From the NCBI GenBank assembly GCA_036667875.1, contig JAVWTD010000001.1, positions 5,767 to 69,766 on the forward strand: DNA of 64,000 nucleotides, read 5' to 3'. Positions 58,816 to 64,000 of the stretch are shown one piece after another. Below the pieces are notes generated by a model that was given only the letters and a program-made list of their open reading frames with translations, had not been told where the DNA came from and ran no database searches. This DNA comes from Bacilli bacterium (lineage in GTDB: Bacteria > Bacillota_I > Bacilli_A > RF39 > UBA660). Numbering within the stretch: the stretch's first letter is position 1; every line of letters starts with the position of its first letter. The position numbers were made by a program, and so were the translations under genes.

Positions 58816-60174
58816 CTACTTTCCTAAACAAAATTGACTAAATAACTGATTTATTAATTCATCTTGATAAGTTTCTCCAATAATTTCACCCAGTATATTC
58901 CACATGTTTTTTATATCTATTTCAATCATATCTATAGGCATTTGCATATCCAATCCTTTATAAACTTCATTTAAACAAACATAAGCTTTCTCAAGTAATG
59001 ATATACTCCTAGCATTTGTTAAATAAGTGAGGTCATCAGTAATTACTTTTTCAAGATTAAAAATTTCTTTTATTTTATTTTTTAAAAGATCTATTCCTTT
59101 ATCTTCTAAGGCACTAATTTCAATTATATTTGATAAATTATTTGGTAAACACAATTTTTTTTCTAAATCACTTTTATTTACAACTATAATATAATTTTTT
59201 TCTTTTACTTTTTCTAAAAGTTCTATTTCTTTAGTTGTCAAAATTTCATTATTATTTAAAACAAATAAAATTAAATCCGATTTTTCAATAAGTTCAAGAC
59301 TTTTTTTAACACCTATACTCTCAACTAAATTAGATGTATCTCTTATACCAGCTGTATCTATCATATTTAATAAAATACCATCAATTTGTACTGTACCTTC
59401 TATTATATCTCTTGTTGTTCCTTCAATATCTGTAACAATTGCCTTATCTTCATTTAAAAATCTGTTTAAAATACTACTTTTCCCAACATTTGGTTTACCA
59501 ATAATAGATGTTTTTATTCCTTCTTTAATCAATTTCCCATTTTCACTTTGATCTAAAATATTTTTAATTTTAATTTTTAAATTATCTAGTTTGGGTTTAA
59601 CTTTTTCATTAGTTAGTTCTTCAATGTCTTCATATTCAGGATAATCAATATTCACTTCTATATTTGCTAAAATTTCAACTATTTCTTGTCTTAGTTCTCT
59701 AATTAAGTTAGACACTTTACCATCCAATTGATTAATAGCGATATTTCTTGATTTTTCTGTTTTTGAATTAATTAAATCAATTATACCTTCTGCTTGTGTT
59801 AAATCTATTCTTCCATTTAAAAAAGCTCTTTTTGTAAATTCTCCAGGTTCTGCTAATCGACAACCGTTATTTAATAGAAGTTTTAAAATCTTATTTGTAG
59901 TAGTTATTCCACCATGTGCGTTTATTTCTACTACATCTTCTGTTGTAAATGTTTTAGGTGCTCGCATAACACTTATTAATACTTCATCAATAATATCTTT
60001 ATTATCAATAATATGGTCATAATTTATAGTATGTGATTTTACATCTAATAATCTTTTTCTTTTTGTTATTTTATTGGCAATTTCAATTGCATCATTGCCA
60101 CTTACTCTTATTATAGAAATGGCTCCAACACCAAGTGCAGTTGATACTGCAGTTATTGTATCATTCATATTCAT
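58816..60174 (-). CDS. mnmE: tRNA modification GTPase MnmE (TrmE)
   Basis: G-domain GKPNVGKSS, DTAG, NKSD; C-terminal CLGK. Confidence 0.9.
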   Translation of the reverse strand: MNMNDTITAVSTALGVGAISIIRVSGNDAIEIANKITKRKRLLDVKSHTINYDHIIDNKDIIDEVLISVMRAPKTFTTEDVVEINAHGGITTTNKILKLLLNNGCRLAEPGEFTKRAFLNGRIDLTQAEGIIDLINSKTEKSRNIAINQLDGKVSNLIRELRQEIVEILANIEVNIDYPEYEDIEELTNEKVKPKLDNLKIKIKNILDQSENGKLIKEGIKTSIIGKPNVGKSSILNRFLNEDKAIVTDIEGTTRDIIEGTVQIDGILLNMIDTAGIRDTSNLVESIGVKKSLELIEKSDLILFVLNNNEILTTKEIELLEKVKEKNYIIVVNKSDLEKKLCLPNNLSNIIEISALEDKGIDLLKNKIKEIFNLEKVITDDLTYLTNARSISLLEKAYVCLNEVYKGLDMQMPIDMIEIDIKNMWNILGEIIGETYQDELINQLFSQFCLGK

Positions 60175-60176
60175 AT

Positions 60177-60710
60177 TTATTTTATCCTCCCTTTAAAAAT
60201 CAATGCTAATCCTATATATTTGTACCATTGCTTTGGATAAAGTAAAACTTCTAGTGAGACAGCTTTATCTACTAGACTAACAATCCAAGACTCTAAATAG
60301 ATAGGTGGTTTTATTGTTAATGGAAACATATGCTTTTCAATAATATCCTTAATTTTTTCATCACTAAACTCTGGAAAATTAATTTCTGTATTTTTATATG
60401 CTTCTTTTGCATGTATAAAACCGTGAAGATTTTTTATTCCCTTTTTAGGATTCGTTTGCCAATCATCACAATAGAAATCATGAAGAAGTCCTCCAATTGC
60501 AGTTTTTCTACAATCAAGATGCATAATTTTAGCGATTTTATAAGAATAAAAGGATACAAACAAAGAATGAGTATAAACAGATCTATTTTCATGGTGGTGA
60601 AATGTCAATCTTTTTTTAAATTCATCATTATTAAGAATAATATTAACAGCTTCTTGATACTCTTTATCAAACTTACTTTTTAAATTTTCAATTATTTTTT
60701 CTTCCTTCAC
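60177..60710 (-). CDS. HD-domain phosphohydrolase
   Basis: H...H and LLHD motifs (HSLFVS...GGLLHDF). 177 aa, inserted between jag and mnmE. Confidence 0.5.
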   Translation of the reverse strand: MKEEKIIENLKSKFDKEYQEAVNIILNNDEFKKRLTFHHHENRSVYTHSLFVSFYSYKIAKIMHLDCRKTAIGGLLHDFYCDDWQTNPKKGIKNLHGFIHAKEAYKNTEINFPEFSDEKIKDIIEKHMFPLTIKPPIYLESWIVSLVDKAVSLEVLLYPKQWYKYIGLALIFKGRIK

Positions 60711-60771
60711 TCGTATTCCTCCCTCTAATTGATTAATTATACACTATTTTAATAAAAAAAAGAAGATAAAA

Positions 60772-61368
60772 TTAATCTTCTTTAAATCTTATAACAACAT
60801 AACGTTCAGGGTTTTCACCAAAACTTTCTGTTTCTAAATTTTTATATTCACTTATAATTGTATGAACTAATCTTCTCTCATAAGAATTCATTGGATCAAG
60901 TTTAGCTTCAATTTTTGATTCTGAAACTTCTTTTGCTATTTTTTTAATTTCTGATTCTAATCTTTTTTGCTTTTTTTCTTTGTAGTTAGCAACATCAACA
61001 TTTATTCTAATATTAAAATTAGTAAGATTAGAAATTATTTGATGAATAAGTAATTGAATAGAATTTAGTGTTCTTCCATCTTTTCCTATTATCAATGAAT
61101 TATCTTCTGAATCAAGTACTACATTATAACATTCATTTTTATATATCATTTCTGATTTAATATCAATTTTTAAAGATTTACCAAGGTTTAGAATAAACTC
61201 TTTTATAAATTCTTTTATATCATCTTGTTTAATATATTTTAATTCATATTTTTTACTTTTAAATAATTTACCAGGTATTTCATTTACAATATAATGAATT
61301 TCATTGCAATCAACTTCGTTTAATAAAACTTTTTCATCTTTTCCTTCAATTTTAAATACTTCTATCAT
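60772..61368 (-). CDS. khpB: RNA-binding protein Jag/KhpB (KH + R3H)
   Basis: KH-like LIIGKDGRTLNSIQLL and C-terminal R3H region. Downstream of yidC as in the spoIIIJ-jag operon. Confidence 0.8.
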   Translation of the reverse strand: MIEVFKIEGKDEKVLLNEVDCNEIHYIVNEIPGKLFKSKKYELKYIKQDDIKEFIKEFILNLGKSLKIDIKSEMIYKNECYNVVLDSEDNSLIIGKDGRTLNSIQLLIHQIISNLTNFNIRINVDVANYKEKKQKRLESEIKKIAKEVSESKIEAKLDPMNSYERRLVHTIISEYKNLETESFGENPERYVVIRFKED

Positions 61369-62288
61369 TTTTCAATTCCTCTTTTAACATATAAATTTTG
61401 TACAATTGTAAATGTTGAATTTGTAATCCAATATAATGATATTGCTGATGAAACAGTAAATGAAGCTGTTCCTATCATTACTAGAGTTATATTTCTCATC
61501 ATTTTCATTTGTGATTCTTGTTCAGCAGACATAGCTGCTCCTGAATTCAATTTAAATGAGTAAAATGTAACTAAGAAAACTAATAATGCTAGTATTAAAT
61601 AATAATAATTACCGTTACCTATTGAAACAAGAGGACTTGTACCTAATTCAAAAGGTCCGAATTTTCCTTCAAAAACAGCTGGTAATCTATAAAGTGCTTC
61701 GTAGAAAGCCATAAATAAAGGCAATTGAATGAATGAAAATAAACATCCAGACATTGGATTAATATTATATTTTTTATAAAGCATAAGCATTTCTTGACTT
61801 TTTTGCATCATACTATCTTGATCAGTTTTATTTACATATTTTTTTTCTAATCTATCTAACTCAGGCTTTACTTTTTTTAAATTTTCTGACTGTAGTGCTG
61901 CTTGTTTAGTAAAAGGAACCATTAAAGATCTTATTAATATAGTTACAATTATTATTGCAACACCACTATTTTTAACTATTTTACTAACTTGAAGTATAAA
62001 CCAAGCAAGAGGTTTAACAAAAATAGATGTCCAAATTCCTTCATATCCACCACTTGTTATCTTAAATGATGTACATTTAGGAAGATTAGATATATCTTTT
62101 TTTTGTCCTTTATAAACATCTAAAGTCGATTTAGCCTCAGGTTGACATAAAATATTATCAACTAAGTTTTGACCAGTTATTTCGTCTTTTACAATTTTAT
62201 TATTTTTATCCTTAACATAGTTTGTACATCCTGTTAAAATAAAACAACTAATTATTAAAGTCAAAAATAAAACAGATTTTTTCTTCAT
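61365..62288 (-). CDS. yidC: membrane protein insertase YidC/SpoIIIJ (lipoprotein type)
   Basis: Lipobox LTGC, five TM helices, conserved YidC core. Confidence 0.85.
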   Translation of the reverse strand: MKKKSVLFLTLIISCFILTGCTNYVKDKNNKIVKDEITGQNLVDNILCQPEAKSTLDVYKGQKKDISNLPKCTSFKITSGGYEGIWTSIFVKPLAWFILQVSKIVKNSGVAIIIVTILIRSLMVPFTKQAALQSENLKKVKPELDRLEKKYVNKTDQDSMMQKSQEMLMLYKKYNINPMSGCLFSFIQLPLFMAFYEALYRLPAVFEGKFGPFELGTSPLVSIGNGNYYYLILALLVFLVTFYSFKLNSGAAMSAEQESQMKMMRNITLVMIGTASFTVSSAISLYWITNSTFTIVQNLYVKRGIEK

Positions 62289-62292
62289 TAAA

Positions 62293-62625
62293 CTACTCCT
62301 CTACAATTTTTAAATCTCTTAGAGATTTAACTAAAGCATTTTCCATTTCATTATAATCTATATTTAAAATGCTTCCTTTTAATATTATAATACAATTAAA
62401 ACCTTTTTGGTAGTTATTTTTATCAATAATTGATCTAACTCTTCTTTTATACTTGTTTCTAGTAACTGCATTACCAATTTTTTTACCAACAGAAATACCA
62501 AAATGATAAATTTCATCATTGCTTTTTTCTATGTATATAACAAAATATTTGCTTTTAAAAGGTTTAAAACTTGAAATAATACGATTAAAATCTCTATTAT
62601 TTTTTAAAACATTACATTTTTTCAT
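62293..62625 (-). CDS. rnpA: ribonuclease P protein component
   Basis: 110 aa basic protein, FGISVGKKIGNAVTRNKYKRRVR (RNR motif region). Confidence 0.8.
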   Translation of the reverse strand: MKKCNVLKNNRDFNRIISSFKPFKSKYFVIYIEKSNDEIYHFGISVGKKIGNAVTRNKYKRRVRSIIDKNNYQKGFNCIIILKGSILNIDYNEMENALVKSLRDLKIVEE

Positions 62626-62671
62626 ATATAATCATTCTCCTTAATTAAAAAACCACTTTTCAGTGGAATTA

Positions 62672-62794
62672 TTAATGAGTTAAAACTTTACGTCCTTTTC
62701 TTCTTCTTCTTTTAACGATTGAAGATTTAACACGAGCTAAGAAACCTATTTTTTTACTTCTTCTTCTAGTATTTGGTTGAAATGTTCTTTTCAT
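62672..62794 (-). CDS. rpmH: 50S ribosomal protein L34 (absent from the ORF track)
   Basis: Reverse-strand ATG at 62794: [40 protein letters not shown] (40 aa), the classic L34 sequence. Confidence 0.85.
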   Translation of the reverse strand: MKRTFQPNTRRRSKKIGFLARVKSSIVKRRRRKGRKVLTH

Positions 62795-63278
62795 TTTTTA
62801 CACCTCCTGAACTTAAATTTCGGTTGCTTTATACATTATATATTCAAAAGCTTGTTTTGTCAATAAATTTATATGGATTGTGGAAAAAAAATATGATTAG
62901 TATGTGATAATGTCTTAAGTGGTGGTACTGGCTAATTATATGGATTGTGGAAAAAACCTATGAAATTTACTTTTGCACAGTAAAAAAAATATTAATGTGG
63001 AAAATTGTTGTTGTATTAATTAATTATAATGATGCAATCCACATTTTCTGTGGAAAACTTAATTATGCACTTGTGTATAACCATTTATCAACATTTTTGT
63101 GGATTACTTTATAGTATCCATTGTTTTTAAAGTCTTTTTTTTCCACAATTTTATTTTTTCGTAATAATATAATATTTCCCAATGTTTTCTTTATAATATA
63201 AGTGCTTTTTTTTACAAATGATATTGTAATTTTAAAGAAAATAATCTAAAATGGGATTAGACGAAGTGAGGTGATGAA
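62795..63278. other. chromosomal replication origin (oriC) between rpmH and dnaA, with at least seven DnaA boxes and an AT-rich unwinding region
   Basis: TGTGGAAAA at 62879, 62946, 62996 and 63049. AATCCACAT at 63036. TGTGGATTA at 63098. TTTTCCACA at 63139. A 21-bp direct repeat TTATATGGATTGTGGAAAAAA occurs twice (near 62866 and 62935). A very AT-rich stretch at 63150-63240 precedes the dnaA RBS. Confidence 0.75.
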
Positions 63279-64000
63279 ATGGGACTTGATTATAATTCGA
63301 TATGGAATAAGTTTTTAGAAAAAATAAAAACAGAAATTGAACCCATTAATTACGAAACTTGGTTTGAGGATACTAAACTAATTGAGATTAAAGAAGGTAT
63401 AGCTAAAATACAAGTAAATATGCCTCTTGCTAAAAAGCACATAAAAGAAATATATAATAATAAAGTTACTTATATATTTAATAACATAACAGAGTCTAAT
63501 TTTACAATAGAATACTTCACAGAAGATGAAATAGAAACGAATATAATTATAGATGTGGACAAAATAGGAATTCCAAAAGATAATAATTTTGAATCTAATC
63601 TTGACCCAAACTATACATTTGATACATTTTTACTTGGTAAATCAAATAAATTTGCTAAAATGAATGCAGTTGCAATAGCGGAAAGACCTGGGCAGATATA
63701 TAATCCTTTATTTATATATGGACCAAGCGGGGTAGGAAAAACTCATCTGATGCACTCAATAGGCAATTATATTGTTAAAAATTCAAATAAAAAAGTACTC
63801 TATGTAACAAGCGAAAAATTTGTTGATGACTTTGTTAAGATTTTTATAGCAAAGAAAGAAAAAGAAAACTACAAATCAACAGATGAATTTAAAGAAAAAT
63901 ACAGAAACATTGATGTTCTGATTATAGATGATATCCAATATCTTCAAGAAGCCACTAAATCACAACAAGAATTTTTTAATACATTTAATGATTTATACAG
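63279..64000 (+). CDS. dnaA: chromosomal replication initiator DnaA (5' part; truncated by the window end)
   Basis: GAGGTGA RBS, ATG at 63279. MGLDYNSIWNKFLEKIKTEIEP..., AAA+ Walker A GPSGVGKTHLMHSIGN, DVLIIDDIQYL Walker B. Confidence 0.9.
   Translation, partial: MGLDYNSIWNKFLEKIKTEIEPINYETWFEDTKLIEIKEGIAKIQVNMPLAKKHIKEIYNNKVTYIFNNITESNFTIEYFTEDEIETNIIIDVDKIGIPKDNNFESNLDPNYTFDTFLLGKSNKFAKMNAVAIAERPGQIYNPLFIYGPSGVGKTHLMHSIGNYIVKNSNKKVLYVTSEKFVDDFVKIFIAKKEKENYKSTDEFKEKYRNIDVLIIDDIQYLQEATKSQQEFFNTFNDLY

Noticed and set aside
62866-62956. 21-bp direct repeat, considered as a possible CRISPR-like or iteron array
   Set aside because: Only two copies, each containing a DnaA box, inside the oriC region. 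It is consistent with origin architecture, not CRISPR or a plasmid iteron.
63251-63274. 7-codon mini-ORF MGLDEVR upstream of dnaA
   Set aside because: It is too short to call as a gene. It is most simply a small duplication of the dnaA 5' end that contains the dnaA RBS. Mentioned in the oriC finding only.
1-64000. Possibility of an alternative genetic code (TGA=Trp, Mollicutes-like) given the very low GC
   Set aside because: Conserved genes such as secA, uvrB, mnmG and htpG are full-length and uninterrupted under the standard table, and Trp positions are encoded by TGG. Nothing suggests code 4.

Overview
AT-rich window (GC looks close to a quarter, not computed) that reads as a standard-code Firmicutes chromosome. 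The gene content fits a spore-forming Clostridia/Erysipelotrichia-like organism. About 85% of genes are on the minus strand and converge on a replication origin at the right end: rpmH(-), then a ~480-bp DnaA-box-rich oriC, then dnaA(+) truncated by the window edge. The origin-proximal block is the classic rnpA-yidC-jag-mnmE-mnmG-rsmG-noc order, but with no soj/spo0J and with uvrB following. The Noc-like ParB carries a huge Asn/Gln-rich insertion. Housekeeping genes include secA, hpf, csp, metK with a SAM-I riboswitch, htpG, scpAB, rlmD, mreB/mbl, rpiB, murA, fba, rlmH, dnaB helicase, rplI, whiA, yvcK, lgt and uvrB. Two tRNAs are present: His-GTG and Leu-CAA. A sporulation synteny block spoIID / spoIIQ-like / spoIIID / mbl is present. 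Accessory content worth attention: (1) an agr-type quorum-sensing locus (agrB plus a small agrD missing from the ORF track, convergent with an AgrC-like kinase and a LytTR regulator) with LytTR-style direct repeats in its promoter; (2) a cell-envelope cluster of two divergent membrane-anchored SGNH-like hydrolase paralogs around a DUF368-like membrane protein and a lipoprotein; (3) a DnaA-box cluster about 50 kb from oriC next to an HTH-only transposase-like fragment; (4) a standalone EF-Tu domain-II-like mini-protein; (5) an orphan radical-SAM/twitch enzyme, an orphan ComGC-type pseudopilin, and a FIST sensor protein translationally coupled to an aldehyde dehydrogenase behind a ~700-bp ORF-free leader. 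No CRISPR array, rRNA or intact mobile element was seen. Family assignments rest on motif recognition by eye and need HMM or BLAST confirmation.
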